Numbered from the stretch's first letter, positions 1-13,074 are shown. The stretch is DNA of 64,000 nucleotides from Octopus vulgaris (GCA_951406725.2 OX597828.1:62744001-62808000), one strand, 5' to 3'. A program made the numbers and translations. The notes: a model not told the origin generated them from the sequence alone.

Positions 1-293
1 AGTTTACATTGGTGGAATTTGAACTCAGAACATCTACAGGAAATACTGGTAAGCTTTAGATACTAAATGCTTTAATGCACCAAAATCTTCTTTTTCTGAA
101 TATGTCCTAAGGAAATTGAGGTGCATCTAATATGCCTGTCTATTTTTCATGCCATCAAATGCAAGTGCCCCAGCATGGTCAGTTCAATTAATGAAACCAA
201 TAAAAAAAAAATACAAAGAGTTTAGCTGACACTTGACTGAATGACAATTAACCATTCTTGGCTTAATTGAAATATCTGGTGTGTCTTTTGCAG

Positions 294-506
294 GAATCCT
301 GAAGTGGAGGTATTTGATTGGTGGTCGGAACATCCGATGGACATTAGGAGCTGACAATATTTGCTTCACAAAGTATTGGCATTCCTTATTCTTCAGTCTT
401 GGACGTGTGGTGCCAGTATGTCGAGGGGAAGGAGTTTACCAAAAGAGTTTAGACTTTGTTTTAGATCAGTTGAATGCAGGTCAGTGGCTACACATGTTTC
501 CCGAAG
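294..506 (+). CDS. TAZ: Tafazzin (phospholipid transacylase), internal coding exon; gene starts upstream of the window
   Basis: Bounded by ttttgcag| and |gtatgt. Encodes [72 protein letters not shown], with the tafazzin RWTL-A-DICFT, VPV-RG-GVYQ and acyltransferase FPEG motifs. Confidence 0.95.
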
Positions 507-605
507 GTATGTTGTCATGGTTACTGTTGTTGTTGTCATTTTTACTCTTGTTAATGTTATTGCTACTTTTACTCTCTCTTTTTTCTCCTTATTTCTTCTT
601 TTCAG

Positions 606-647
606 GAAGAGTAAACCTTTCCAAAGAATTTATGCGACTGAAATGGG
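606..647 (+). CDS. TAZ: Tafazzin exon (G)[13 protein letters not shown](G)
   Basis: Bounded by ttttcag| and |gtgagt; phase 1-1; conserved RLKWG motif. Confidence 0.92.
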
Positions 648-1809
648 GTGAGTTGTTATTCTCATTGCATTGCGTCTTTGTTTTGGTGTGAGGTGGATTG
701 ACGTGAAAATTTAGACATTAACATGTAGACAGTCCCATTCACTATCACCACCATCCTTACCATCATCATCATCATCACCATTGTTTTAATGCCTGTTTTC
801 CAACGTTGTCTTTAGTGGAAGTGCTGTATGGTTCTCTCATATTCCTTGATTGTGTATCACCTCACTCACCCAAAGCTTCCAGGTCAGATATGAACCCTTT
901 ACCAATTTGTTCTGGTTTACCTTTATATTCTGACTTCAACTCACAGCAGTTGTTTACTTGGCTTCTCTCTTGTTTTCACATTTGCATTACATATCATAAT
1001 CTATCCTCAATACATTTATCTACAGTCTTTGAAGACCCTCTGCATTCACTGCTTGTATTCCTCCACCACCCTCACACACAATCACACGTATACACTCCTT
1101 CATATATATGGATCAGGCATCCACCACATTTTGTCCTCCATGTTCATTGTCCATCTTTCACTACCACACATCCTGCATCTTGGCATAAAAGCATTGATCT
1201 AAAAACAGTGATATTTGTCGAGATCCTTGCCAATAAATCATTTTCTGGCCCGTTATTTTTGAAAACAAGTAGAATAAAAAAAAAAATCTTTGAAAAACAG
1301 GTATGGGTTGGTGACTGGAAAAGCATCCAGCTATAAGACAATGTCTCAATAATGGGTATTCGTCCAACCCTTTGCAAAAACAGACAAGTTTCATTCTCAC
1401 TCATCATGCTCTATATTCCATGTCCATATTTCATCATTGTACACCTTTCATATCTTATACATGCACATACCATGTGTAGTCCACGATATTCTCTGCTCAT
1501 TACCCTACACCATCAAACAACTCCTTACACACACACACACATCACACAGTCCTCTTTATATACTGAGTATATATATATATATATATAAGTTCAGTAAAAA
1601 TTTAGTTTCAGATGAATATGATACTTAAGTTAAAGGCACCAGAATTTGGTATGGTATTATCCATATAAATCAAATGGGTGGAAAATGGAATAAGTATAAA
1701 AATGAATATTGTCAATTTAATTAAAAAATTCCATATATGGCTGAAGATTGCTCTACGTTTTAAAACTGATGTAATACTTACATTGTTTGATTAAATGAAG
1801 TAGCATGAA

Positions 1810-1927
1810 ATGATTGTACTGCGCTACCTTTGGATATCCTTGTTGCTTATTTTGATATATATATATATATATATATATATATCAAAATAAGCAACAAGGA
1901 TATCCAAAGGTAGCGCAGTACAATCAT
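1810..1927. repeat. Perfect palindrome centred on (AT)n
   Basis: atgattgtactgcgctacc..tttg (AT)n caaa..ggtagcgcagtacaatcat. Confidence 0.95.
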
Positions 1928-2111
1928 ATATATGACTTTAACTGCTGCTAGGGGCATTGTGTTTTGTTATGCAACCACAACATACTACAAAAGCATTTTG
2001 CAAGTTTATCAGCCAACACTGTATCCAACTGGTGATATATAATGTATATCGGCTTTAATGTATTTATATTGATTTCCATGTTTTAATCTGATTGATTTTA
2101 TTTTACTTCAG

Positions 2112-2174
2112 GTGTTGGACGTTTAATTGCAGACTGTAACAATAATTCTTTAGTTTTACCAATATGGTTGGTTG
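2112..2174 (+). CDS. TAZ: Tafazzin exon (G)VGRLIADCNNNSLVLPIWLV(G)
   Basis: Bounded by tttacttcag| and |gtgagt; resembles the tafazzin G-GRLIAEC...P-LPLWHVG segment. Confidence 0.92.
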
Positions 2175-2602
2175 GTGAGTATATCACTTCTCAATGTCTT
2201 CATCCTTCTCTTTTATGGTTAGTTTTTGGAAAATCTTTGATAATGATCCATGCACCAGGACAATTTTTACTTGTGGGAAGGGTATAGTCAAAATGAATCA
2301 AATTCAATCTATTCAAGGAATAAAATATTTAGTCAAATCAAGTGTGATTTGAACTCATAGCCTTGACAGTAGAGAGCGAATAACTAGATGTCCATCTTCT
2401 TGAAAAATGTATTTGGTCATGAGGAATTATCTTAGTTGGAAACAAGTAAGGTGTTAGTGACAGGAAGGGTATTCAACTGTTGAAAATTTGCCACAATTAA
2501 ACCCATTCAGCCCTTTGCGAGCATGGAAAAGTGGATGTTAAAATAATGACAACAATGATAATGATAATATATATATATATATATGTGCATGTGTTTGTAT
2601 AT

Positions 2603-2822
2603 ATGACAGGGTGCTGAGAATTTCTTGGCTTTAAGGCTATTGCAAAAGGCCTGCCTGGAGGCCTAACCTTCTTTTGCAGGGCTTAGAAAAACTGGAGGAC
2701 TGCTGCAATAAGTGTGTAAATCTGAGAGGAGAATTCATTGAATAAAATCATAATCAAGTGAAACCCCCCACCACTGTTTTTTCTTTTTGTCAAAGCCAGG
2801 AACTTTTCAGCACCTCCGAGTA
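2603..2822 (+). mobile_element. Mariner-derived non-autonomous element
   Basis: Inverted ends ggtgctgagaatttcttggcttt and aaagccaggaacttttcagcacc; contains the mariner transposase C-terminal remnant GLEKLEDCCNKCVNLRGEFIE*. Confidence 0.75.
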
Positions 2823-4878
2823 TATATGTATATGGAAAGTATCTGGTAGATTGTTTTGCAGCATTCATTCCAGATCCCTGCACTCAGTGTTCAAATACTA
2901 CTGAAATCAACTTTGAGAGTCAATAAAGTTCCAACGCCTATTCTTTTCCACCTCTTGGGTTTTCTTTTTCCCTTTCTGTTTGACCTTCTCTCCAGAACAG
3001 AGAGGGACAAACAGCTCCACCAGGTCCAAAGTTACCCAAAGCATGGCCTATGTCACTGCAGCCCTCCAGTGATTCCATCAACTGTTGAGGATCCAAAACA
3101 TGGCACATTTTAAATATATACACACATACAGACATGCACACAATATTTATTTGCTGCTTCTGTAGCTGTATGTGATGTGCTTCAAGAACCATGATTCCAA
3201 AATATTACATATCATCATCATCATCATCATCATTTAACGTCCTTTTCTCCATGCTGCCATGGGTTGGCCAGTTTGGCAAGAACAGACGGTTCTGCCAGAC
3301 TCCATTTTTCTGCTTTGGCATCAGTTTTACACCTGTATGCCCTCCCTAATGTCAACCACATAATAGCGCATTCTGGGTGCTTTTTACACGGCAACAGCAC
3401 TGGTGAGGTCAGTAAGTACCTGCAAAATCAGACCCATCAATTGAGCTGGGTAGAGAACATAAGTATAAGAAATTATGATGGATGGAGAGGAGCAGACGTC
3501 TTGAGGAAGGGGTGAGTACGTGGTTTGCCCACCTAGAAAGAGAAAGATGTGAGGCTCAGGTACAACGTAAATATGAAACGCGTGTATATATATATATATA
3601 TATATCAAACAGCAAATACAAGTACAAGAGACATTCCCTCTCCATATTTTTAATTTGATACTCAAGGAAGAATGGAAAGAGTAAAACGTAGACCTTCAGA
3701 TACAAGAGAAAGATCCAGGAGAAACTGAGAAGAAAAGGGTTTAAAAAAGTGGAGAACCAGGGAAAAAATGAACTTGGGATTCCATTCAAATATTTGGCAC
3801 TATATAAATGTGCGTGAGATTAAGCAAGACAGCAGGTGACAACGGTGAAATAGCTATTTAATAATCAAATTACCCAGTTATCTCCCTTGAACTTATTGCT
3901 GAAACGCACAGATTTAGTTTTTATGCTTAGCTTAGACAAATGTTGGGTTTTGCAACTGATTAGAGATTTGTGTTGTCTACTTAAATGTTTTGGTTTTGTA
4001 CTTTATCAATGATTTGACTTTTGTGTCCTGTTGAATGTTTGGTCTTGTACCAAATCAAATATTTCACCGTGTCCCTAGTTCCCTGCTTTGTACCAATTCC
4101 AACATACAATCTTGTGTCCAAGCACAAGTATTGTTTTGTGTGGAATCCAAGATTTATTCACCCCCATCTCTTGTCAAAAAGAAGTCATTACCTTTCCTTT
4201 TAATCAGGAAGGAGGGACAGTACCCATGATCCTGAGTAGGGATTCCAAAACTGGTAGGAGTGAGGAAGGAAACCATCCTGAAACCCGAGAGCTGTCTTGC
4301 AACAGGTGGTGGCATTAATCCAGGCAACAGATTAAGTCTATCTTCCAACTAGGAGGCCATGGCAGGATTTGAACTCAAAGCGCAAAGAGCTAGAATAAAT
4401 CTCATAGTCATCCAGTCTGATATTCCTGCAGTTCCGCCAATTCCCTGCACTGAAGATGCACTTGATTTTATTGACCCCAGAAATAATGAAAAGCAAAGTT
4501 GACCTTGGTGGGATTTGAACTCAGAACACAAAGAATCAGAACAAATATGCAAGGCATTTTATCCACCACTGTAACAACTTTGCCAATTCTCCATTACCAT
4601 TTCCTTCAGTCGAATATGAACTTTCTTGGAGAGAATAATCCTATGGAATCTGCCCAAGATCTGGAAATGGTGGTTAATATGGTGCCACCATATTTCACTT
4701 GTATCACTTTCTCTCATTTTAAAGAATTAACTGACTTCGTAGCTAATTAATACTACATCCTCCCCCAAAGACAGGAGGGCCATGGTTGGAATAATTTTGG
4801 TTATAGATCTGTTTAATACTCTTGTTAATCTTTGCTATTCTTAATTTTTTGACCAATTTTCTTTAATTCTCATTGCAG

Positions 4879-4931
4879 GAATGGATTCTATTTTACCAAA
4901 TAAAAAACCCTACATACCCAAAATAGGAAAG
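4879..4931 (+). CDS. TAZ: Tafazzin exon (G)MDSILPNKKPYIPKIGK
   Basis: Bounded by cattgcag| and |gtcagt; resembles tafazzin GMNDVLPN..PY.P..G. Confidence 0.92.
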
Positions 4932-5927
4932 GTCAGTCAGTACAGTTGTTGTTCCTCCTCCTCCTTTCACATTGCTGCTCTTTCGTCATTTAGTTTTGTT
5001 TCCTTAACTCTTTTTCCAATCATGTTAGACGGAAGAAGTGGTGGTGGTGATGGTAGTTATAGAAACGTGGTAGTAGTAGAGGTATTAGTGGGTTGGTGGA
5101 AGTAGTGGTAGTACTAGTGAAGGTGGTGGTGGGCATGCAGTGGGATGAGGGTGGGGATGGTGGTAGTTGTAGTCATTGTGGTCGTGGTGTTGGAAATGAG
5201 AATCCTTTCTACTGGGGGCACAAGGCCTGAAATTTGGGGCAAGTTGATTGCCTTGACCCCAGTGCTCAACTGGTACTTTATTTATTGGCCTTGAAAATGA
5301 TGACAAAGTTGACCTTGGCAGAATTTGAACTCAGAATGTGCAGATGGAAGAAACACCACTAGGCATTTTGTCCAGCATGCTAATGATTCTGTCTGCTACC
5401 CATCTTAATAATAATAATTTCTACTATAGGTTCAAGGCCTGAAATTTTGGGGGAAGGAGTTAATCCGATTGCATTGATCCCAGTACGTAACTGGTACTTC
5501 TTTTATCTACCCCAAAAGGATGAAAGGCAAAGTCAACTTTGGTAGAGTTTGCACTCAGAACAGAAAAGTGGAATAAATACTTGCTACGCATTTCGCCCAG
5601 CATGCTAACCATTCTGCCAACTCACTGCCTTAATAATAATAATAATAATTATAATCCTTTCTACTGAAGGCACAAGGCCTGAACTTTGAGGGGAGGGGAG
5701 TAGTCAATGTAATTGACCCCAGTGTTTCACTGGTACTTAATTTATCAATCCCGAAAGGATGAAAGGTAGAGTCAACCTTGGTGGAATTTGAACTCAGAAC
5801 ATACAGACAGACAAAATGCCACAAAGCATTTTGTTCAGCATGCTAACGATTCTACCAGCTCGCTCCTTAATAATAATGATGATGATGATGATGATGATGT
5901 CGCTCTCTTTTATCTCTTCCTCTTCAG

Positions 5928-6005
5928 ACTGTCACTGTATTAATTGGTGAACCTATCCAATTTAAATCAGATGTGCAACAACTACAGAATGCCGGTAAAA
6001 ATGCT
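5928..6005 (+). CDS. TAZ: Tafazzin exon TVTVLIGEPIQFKSDVQQLQNAGKNA
   Basis: Pyrimidine tract then cag|, ends |gtaagt; 78 nt, phase 0-0; TVLIG.P motif. Confidence 0.9.
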
Positions 6006-6293
6006 GTAAGTACCCTCTTGTCTGTGTTATGGAGGAGGTGTGTATTCTGTTAAAGAAAAAAAAAAAGGGATTGAATAATTAATGTTAAATTGTTTTTCTT
6101 GTAACTTGATGTAAAACAAGCAATATGTGTGTGTATGTGTTTGTATGTATATAGGTGTTGTAGTGCATTGAGATGCTTGCTTTTAAACCAAATGGTTCTG
6201 GGTATGGTTCAACTTTGAGCAAGTGTCTTGAACTCCAGGCTGACCGAAGCCTTGGAAGTAGATTTGGTGGACAGAAACGGAAAGAAGCCTGTC

Positions 6294-6333
<40 letters not shown>

Positions 6334-7331
6334 ATATACACATAAGTGTCTCTCCCTCCTTGTCTTGGCAGACAAGTATGACCATCATGTAAGCACCATT
6401 GTGCATTTCCAGTTCTCATGCCTTGGCATGGGGAAATATTAACTTAGTTGGAAACAGGGAAGGGTTAGTGACAGGAAGGGCATCCAGCCATAGAAAATCC
6501 ACCTGTCCCATGCTAACATGGAAAAGGAGATGTTAAATGATGACAATGATGATGATATGGCAGACTTAATCTGTTGCTTAGTTCAACACCGTCTCCATCT
6601 TCACCAACTGCCAGCTCCATTGGTACCTTTAACCCCTCCCTACCGTTTTCCTGCTGTAAAATACTGATTGGTTTTGAGTTATTTTGAAAATAAAGAATTT
6701 AGTAAAATAACTTTCTCGTTATTAAACTGCGGTTTGGAACATAAATAATCACGAAATTTTAATGGAAGATTTAAATTTAGGTTCCTTTAAAATAGGGAGT
6801 CTGCATTGTAAAACAAGGAGTGGTATGAGGTGGTTTGGTATCAAAAGGGTTAAGTCTGCTGTAAACATTTGGACAAGGTCTCTGGTCTGACAAGAACTTC
6901 TTACCTTGAATCAGGGAAATCCCACAAAAGGGTCACAATCACTGCCCTTGTTCCTCTGATTCAATTGTCTTTTACTTGTGTTGGTCTTTTGACTGTGCCC
7001 AAGCTGGGGTACTGCATTGGAACCCTGGTATGTATTCTTTAAAGCCTGGTAGTTATTCTAACAGTGTCTTTTACTGAACTGCTAAGTTACTTGAATACAA
7101 ACGAACCAACACCAGTTTCCAAGAGGTAGGGGATAAATACAAACATAGGCATACACACAACATCATCATTTAGCGCCCCTTTTCCATGCTGGCATGGGTT
7201 GGACAGTTTGATTGGAACTGGTAAACTGGAGAGCTGTACCAATCTGCAGTCTGATTTTGGCTTGGTTTCTACAGCTGGATGCCCTTCCTAAGGCCAGCCA
7301 CACCAAGAGTGTAAGTGGATGCCTTTTACTT

Positions 7332-7941
7332 TATAATAATAATAATAATAAACATTGTGTACAGTGCTCAGGTGCACTACAACTCATCTAAAGTGCATAT
7401 ATAATCAGGTGTAGTTTCGACGGATTTCGGAAAGCATGAGGGCCTTAAAGGATGCAGTGTCATGGCAGTCAACAACTGACGCAGGCAGTTTATTCCATGC
7501 TTCAGCAACTCTGAGCGTGAAGAAATGCTTCCGAAAGTCATGGGAGCTGTGTTGTTTTCTGACTTTGTAGGCATGTCCACGTGTGTTAGACACATGGAGA
7601 TCAAAAAGGTGTTCAGTGTTGTTATTGGTGAGGTGGTTGACAACTTTGTGGACGTTTACCAAGTCCGTCGCCAGACGCCGGAGCTTCAGTGAATCCATGC
7701 CCAGGGAAACAAGGTGCTCAGAATATGGTAGGTGTCTGATGGAGGGTATGCGTTTGGTTGCACGTCTCTGAACCGATTCCAGGAGGTCAATGTTCTGAGC
7801 AAGATAGGGGTTCCAAACTGATGATGCGAATTCCAAGTGTGGTCGTACCATAGCTGTATACAGTTTTAAATAGATGGCTGGAGAGCGACTAACAAAAGTC
7901 TTGCTGAGTGATGCCAAGACACCCTCGGCCTTCTTGACAAT
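7332..7941 (-). mobile_element. CR1/L2-type LINE 3' fragment with a (TTA)n tail, in a TAZ intron
   Basis: KLYTAMVRPHLEFASSVWNPY..NIDLLESVQRRATK..TRGH..RKHFFTLRV..WNKLP, typical of a CR1-group ORF2 C-terminus. Confidence 0.88.
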
Positions 7942-7944
7942 TTT

Positions 7945-8208
7945 AGTCTTGTCCACGACTATGATTTCACTTGGCCTGACGAGTCTTCTCAAGTACAGCA
8001 AACCTCCAAAGGTCTCGATCATTTGGCATCGCCTTCATGAGACCCAATAACCAAAGATCTGGCATTACCATTTTATCTCATGTCTTCCTCTTCCACCACA
8101 GGTTCCCTCCACAGTTAGAGATCGGCACTTCTTTATGCAGCTGTCCTCATCCATACATATGATCATACCAGTGCAGTCGTCTCTCTTGCACACCACACCT
8201 GATACCTC

Positions 8209-8210
<2 letters not shown>
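7945..8210 (-). mobile_element. RTE LINE 3' fragment
   Basis: MDEDSCIKKCRSLTVEGTCG.GR matches the C-terminus of the 29118 ORF. Confidence 0.75.
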
Positions 8211-8253
<43 letters not shown>

Positions 8254-8687
8254 AACTTCAACACAGTTTCCATTTACTAAATCCACTCACAAAGCATTGG
8301 TTGGCCTGGGGTTATAGTAGAAGACACTTGACTGAGATGCTGTGCAGTGGGACTGAACCCAGAACCATAGGGTTGCAAAGTGAGGATCTAGACCACACAG
8401 CCATGCCTGCCACTATTTATATTATAAATCTGCTTATTTGTTCATTCACAATTTCAACAGAATTAAATACTAACGAATGATATGTTTATTAAGCATTGTA
8501 TAAATTTTTATTGTATATTTTTCTATCATTTATTGCACAGGCAAGAATAAAAACACAAATCCTTTCTTTCTTTCTTAATTAACTCTTCTTAATTTTCTTC
8601 ATTCCATGGAATTTCCATGAGTCCCGCAAGAGAAAAGATATAAATAAAATGTTTTTTGGTTCATTTTGTTTTTCTTCTTTGTTTCAG

Positions 8688-8789
8688 CGTGAAATACGGA
8701 AATACATCACAGACAGAATCCAAGATGAATTTAGACACATGAAAATCAAAGCAGAACGAATACATTACGAAAGTCTTTATAGATCTTAA
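8688..8789 (+). CDS. TAZ: Tafazzin last coding exon REIRKYITDRIQDEFRHMKIKAERIHYESLYRS*
   Basis: gtttcag| acceptor; E.RK..TD.IQ.EF..LK..AE..H C-terminal motif; TAA at 8787-8789. Confidence 0.92.
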   Translation, partial: REIRKYITDRIQDEFRHMKIKAERIHYESLYRS

Positions 8790-9819
8790 CATTTTCATAA
8801 ATTAGCTTTTATTAATTAAAAACAAATTCACAGAAATTATCATCATTATTATTTTATTTTATTTTATTTATTTTATTTTTCTAAATAATACAAGAAATAT
8901 TTTTCTCTCACAAACACCATTCTCCCTAATTTTTTCCTCCAAACCGCTGAGACGAACTTTTGGTGCACTGAACAAAACCACTTCAAATTCAGAGCCAATA
9001 CACAGTGTTCCAATATTCCTCTAGCTTATCATCATCATCATCATCATTATCGATTTAACATCCACTTTTCTATGCTTGCATGGATTGGATGGAATTTGTT
9101 GAGGCAGCTTTCTGTGGCTGGATGCTCGTCCTGTCACCCATCCTTGCCTATTTCCAAACAAGGTAATGTTTCCCTTTTGGCCAGAAAACTGGAAACAAAC
9201 TTCATCATTTATATGATGGTGATGCTTGTTTATAACCATCACATGATGTCAAGACAAGGGCACGCTTGCACATACGCACACACACACACATACACACATC
9301 CAATGGGCTTCTTTCAGTCTCCATCAACTAAATGCACTCACAAGGCTTTGGTCAGCTCCTATAATAGAAGACTCTTGTCCAAGGTACCACACAGTGGGAC
9401 TGAACTCAAAGCAAAGCAAGCTTCTTAACCACACACCAAGTACAAAATGAATATATCATCATCATCATCATTGTTTAATACCCTTTTTCCCATGCTGGCA
9501 TGGCTTGGACAGTTCAGTAGGAACTTATGAGCGAGAGGACTGCATGGAGTTCCAATGCCTGCTTTTTCTGGAGCTGGATGCTTTTCAGGGCATTGGGTAG
9601 TGTTATCATGGCACTGACACTGGTGACGTCATCAACGAACTCACAATACAAAACCTCTCCTCTAAGGAACAGTGAGTGGTATCAAAGAGGGTGGCTTTGT
9701 GCTGGGTAATGAGAAGAACAGGAAGAGGTGTCTTATTGAAGAAGAGACACATGACTTTGCCAGCTGGAGAGAGAGAGAGAGAAAGAGAAGGTGACTATAT
9801 GTGTGGGTGTAAATATGTA

Positions 9820-9872
<53 letters not shown>

Positions 9873-10669
9873 TTTTACTTGTTCCATTCATTTGACTGCA
9901 GCCATGCTGAAGCACTGCCTTTAGTCGAGCAAATCAACCCCAGGACTTATTCTATCAGTCTCTTTTCACTTTTACTGAACCACTAAGTTACAAGGATGTA
10001 AACACACCAACATCGGTTGTGAAGCGATGGTGGGGGAACAAATACAGACACTTAAACATATACACACATATACATATATATATGACAAGCTTTTTCCAGT
10101 TTTCATCTACCAAATCCACTCACAAGGCTTTGGTCAGCCCGAGGCTATAGTGCCCAAGGTACCACACAGTGGGACTGAACCCAGAACCATGTGGTTGGTA
10201 ATCAAGCTACTTACCACACAGCCACAACTATATATATATATATATTTGTAACTTTATCCCAATATGGTGGTCTAGAGAACTGTGTAGCTCTCCCACAAGG
10301 AAACTTAGTACTTACCAGTGTTGGTTTTAGCTGACCAAATTCAATTAATCCTCTACTTGATGGTATTGAGTACTTCTTCATTCATTCATTACAACTACAA
10401 ACATATGCACACATATCTATCTACCTATATAGTTCTCTTTCTCAATATATATATACAAAACAGTTTCTCTCAGCTCCATATGACTTAAAGTTTTCTGGAT
10501 GTATACGATGAATCCATCTCCTCATATATATATTTGGCTATCGTTGGTCTCCTTACTTGATTTTTATTGCTGCTTTCTGTCCCCTCTTTTACCCTCTTTT
10601 GTAGTGTGTCTGAGGACTATATATAATAAGTTCTTTATGTATATACATATATATATATATATATATATA

Positions 10670-11125
10670 CATGGTGGTTGTCTGCTCCTTATGCAGCGTC
10701 TGACCACCCCCTGTACCTACACCTTAGATCCATCATGGCATCTGATGTGGCTTTATAAACCAGACGATGTAGTGGAAAGACACCCACATAGATTGCATAT
10801 CCAATTTGGACCACCAAGAGCTGCAGCTAATCTCTGATCTTTGTGGATCTTAAAACGTCTTTCCAGGCCTCCGTTAGATTTGCAGACCTTGTGTCATACA
10901 CAGCACTGAAAAGTGTGCACAAATACAAAGGCAGAATAGTTGGTGGAGGTTTGTTCTCCATGCATCCACAATTGAAATTTGAGCCCAGCAAAAGAAAGGC
11001 ATGGTCTGTCGCAAACTGTGCACGCAAAAAGGTTGCTGAGATTCACCTCAATCACAACATACTTCTTTAAATCTCTCGAGTCTTGCATATGTCATCCTGG
11101 CCACCTCAAAAGCTTTCACTCCACT
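10670..11125 (-). mobile_element. Decayed RTE-like ORF C-terminus with three tandem C2H2 zinc fingers
   Basis: One frame reads FACTVCDRPCLSFAGLKFQLWMH..FQCCV*HKVCKSNGGLERRFKIH..WICNLCGCLSTTSSGL*SHIRCH..*. It is preceded by GVKAFEVAR and flanked by (TA)n. Confidence 0.65.
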
Positions 11126-11168
11126 CCACACATACATATATACATACACACTTACACTCGTATCTATA

Positions 11169-11217
<49 letters not shown>

Positions 11218-12441
11218 GTACTTTAAATTTTTGTTTTCCTTTGTGTTTGTTTTATTTTGTTTTATTTTTGTGTTCTACCATTCCTTTCTCAACTGACAAT
11301 CAGTCTTTGACTCTTCCAAAAAGAAACCGTTTCATGCCAAACACTGAAACTAAAATAGTTTTGGACAAACAGAAAAAACTCATTTTCAGACAAGCATTTG
11401 TAGAAGAAATTGACCAAAGAAATCTCGTTTCTATAAACTTGAAACTTCTGCCAGATAAATAGTTACATACTTCCATCCGTAACATATTGGTACATGACAT
11501 GGAGAATTAATCTTCAATTAATCTATTGGAATTCACCTTGTGTGAGTTTTATTGTTTGTTTCTTATGCTTTTCAACACAAACACTTCAATTAGTATAAAC
11601 ACACTTTTCCATCATCTCGGGTGTTTTTGTTTTGTTACAGAATATATTCTTATGTTTACACAATTAATTATCTAGTTAAAATGTCTAATGTGTTTGTCAT
11701 TTACACAAAACTAATTAGCCATTAATATCAACCTAATTATTTTTCTCAAAGTTTATCTTCTGTTAATGCAAACTTTTCTTTAATTACCGATGAGCTTTGA
11801 TCTAATCATGTGTCACTTTGAGTTGTTAATGAGGATATTTCACCAGCTAATTACATTTACAATCAGCAATTGTAAATTAACTGCTAAGTTTTAATGTTAA
11901 TTACAACAGACATTATATAATGAAATTTTAAATAGATAACAATTCTGACCCGGCTCAAAGGACACACATGGCTGTGTGGTAAGTAGCCTGCTTACCAACC
12001 ACATTGTTCCGGGTTCAGTCCCACTGCGTGGCACCTTGGGCAAGTGTCTTCTACTATAGCCTTGGGCTGACCAAAGCCTTGTGAGTGGATTTGGTAGACG
12101 GAAACTGAAAGAAGCCCGTCGTATATATGTATATGTATATATATATTAGTTGCGACATCACAGGTGCCAAGATGTATTGGCCGTTGCCTTTCCCTTGGAT
12201 AACACTGGTGGCGTGGAGAGGAGAGGCCGGTATGCATGGGCGACTGCTGGTCTTCCATAAACAACCTTGCCCGGACTTGTGACTGGGTGGAGTAACTTTG
12301 TAGGTGCAATCCCATGGTCAGTCATGACTGAAGGATATCTCAGCATATATATATACTACTAATATAGGATGAAACTTTTTTACAGAAAAAAAATTCCATC
12401 AAAAATGTGGCAGCATATTAAAATACCGTTACGGTTAAAAT

Positions 12442-12574
12442 TATAAACAATTTATAAATAAGGGCTAAAGAAAATTATTTCTAAGCCAATATGCTGATAA
12501 CAGACTTTTAAATCGATTTAAAAGTCTGTTATCAGCATATTGGCTTAATTTTCTTTTGCCCATATTTATAAGTT

Positions 12575-12581
<7 letters not shown>
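12442..12581. repeat. Spacerless palindrome with a perfect 66-bp core at 12482-12547
   Basis: taagccaatatgctgataacagacttttaaatc|gatttaaaagtctgttatcagcatattggctta. Confidence 0.95.
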
Positions 12582-12605
<24 letters not shown>

Positions 12606-13074
12606 GCTTTGTTAAGTGACTGCTTCAGAGGATCTTCATATCAGATTGTTGTTGTTGCTGTTGCTGCTGCTGGTGTTGTTGTTGTTGTTGTTAAGGTAGC
12701 CAGCTGGCAGAATCATTAGCATGCCACGCATAGCAGCAATCTTCACATTCTGAGTTCATTTCCCACCAAGGTCAACTTTGCCTTTCATCCTTTTGGGGTC
12801 AATAAAATAAGTACCAGCTGAACACTGGGGTTGATGTAATCGACTTGTCCTTTTCTCCAAATTTCAGGCGTTGTGCCTATAATAGAAAAGGATTATTATT
12901 ATTAATGTGGCAAGCTACCCACTGGGCAAAAAGCAGTGTTTCCTCCACCTTGTTACTCTCTGAGTTTAAATGTTTTGAGATTAGTAAAATAAGTACCAGT
13001 GGAGTACTGGGGTTGATGTAATCAACTAACCCCCTACCCTCAAAATTTCAGGCTCCATGCCTAAAGTAGAAAGG

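Noticed and set aside
806-1336. 176-aa ORF in a TAZ intron
   Set aside because: It is composed of decayed RTE 3'-end sequence, with no domain or splice support.
11303-11545. Possible + strand exon SLTLPKRNRFMPNTETK...LLPDK*
   Set aside because: There is no recognisable homology, TAZ already terminates at 8789, and the splice context is weak.
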